A DNA stretch of 64,000 nt from positions 5,225 to 69,224 of IMG/VR virus record IMGVR_UViG_2795385957_000004, one strand, 5' to 3'. The position numbers and the translations under genes are program-made. Below the pieces are notes generated by a model. It ran no database searches, was not told the origin of the DNA, and worked only from the letters and a program-made list of their open reading frames with translations. Source of the DNA: a virus. The first letter of the stretch is position 1, and the number at the start of each line of letters is the position of its first letter. Below, in pieces: positions 63,652-64,000 of this stretch.

Positions 63652-63996
63652 TCAGCCCCGACGCTTCTCGGCTTTCTTGGCCACTTTGCCGTCCACCTCA
63701 ACGTCGTACCGGAGGTCGTCACCGTCGATATGAGTTGTGATGCCCACCATTTTCAGATCTGACCCGTCGTCCATTCGCGCCCAACAAGTCTGTTCTGCGC
63801 CCACCTTCGCAGGTAGGTCGCCGTCGCACTTGACTGAACGGGTCTGCACATCCCAATCCGTCAGAACCTCTTGGACACCCTGTTCCAGGTCGTTCTTGGA
63901 CATGCTGCGACCGGAGCCGGAGGACCAGTGGAAGTTGCAGCTGCAAGCGATAGCTGCCGTCGCAGTCAGAATGGCGACGCCGCGAAAGAGCTTCAT
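63652..63996 (-). CDS. DUF4333-family lipoprotein
   Basis: Signal/lipobox; SVKCDGDLPAKVGAEQTC. Confidence 0.8.
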   Translation of the reverse strand: MKLFRGVAILTATAAIACSCNFHWSSGSGRSMSKNDLEQGVQEVLTDWDVQTRSVKCDGDLPAKVGAEQTCWARMDDGSDLKMVGITTHIDGDDLRYDVEVDGKVAKKAEKRRG

Positions 63997-64000
63997 GGCT

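Larger units (their letters stand above)
1..64000. mobile_element. Interior of a temperate siphovirus prophage/phage (mycobacteriophage-like, probably M. abscessus MabI/cluster M-related)
   Basis: Continuous phage replication, tRNA, terminase-portal-capsid-tail and lysin A/lysin B/holin genes. Early genes precede structural genes, as in an integrated or permuted genome. An IS insertion is present. Ends/att not in window. Confidence 0.9.

Noticed and set aside
1..64000. Integrase, repressor, att sites, tmRNA, DGR/retron reverse transcriptase
   Set aside because: No recognisable motifs in this window; integration/immunity genes presumably lie outside it.

Overview
The whole 64 kb window is the interior of a temperate siphovirus (pro)phage of an actinomycete. 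Gene order, the large tRNA cluster and cargo genes are most consistent with a Mycobacterium abscessus-type prophage related to cluster M mycobacteriophages. This assignment is inference; no integrase or att site is visible. Layout: (1) 1-24300, rightward early/replication genes: DUF2828/vWA protein, exonuclease, antirepressor, ERF, DnaB, a PRPP-synthetase-like + NAMPT-like pair, Pnk, RusA, WhiBs, SSB, RNA ligase, DnaQ-like exonuclease, HNHs. (2) 24300-31620, 17 tRNA genes interrupted by membrane/secreted cargo genes and an IS3-family element. (3) 31700-34700, a leftward operon of small genes with two homologous sigma-A-like promoters. (4) 34700-35300, a non-coding strand-switch region, probably the packaging end. 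(5) 35314-62871, head, tail and lysis genes. (6) 62949-63996, leftward DUF4333 lipoprotein genes. The most striking signal is at 577-2380. A DUF2828/vWA (Ro60/TROVE-like) gene is followed by an apparently separately transcribed array of three stem-closed RNAs sharing an ACAGCAACT motif. The middle RNA contains a circularly permuted, anticodon-less tRNA mimic (YrlA-like architecture) but lacks the canonical Ro60-binding sequence, making this a candidate undescribed Ro/Y-like ribonucleoprotein system. The phage also carries a probable NARP1 NAD+-reconstitution anti-defence pair and a Pnk + RNA ligase + tRNA repair/replacement set.
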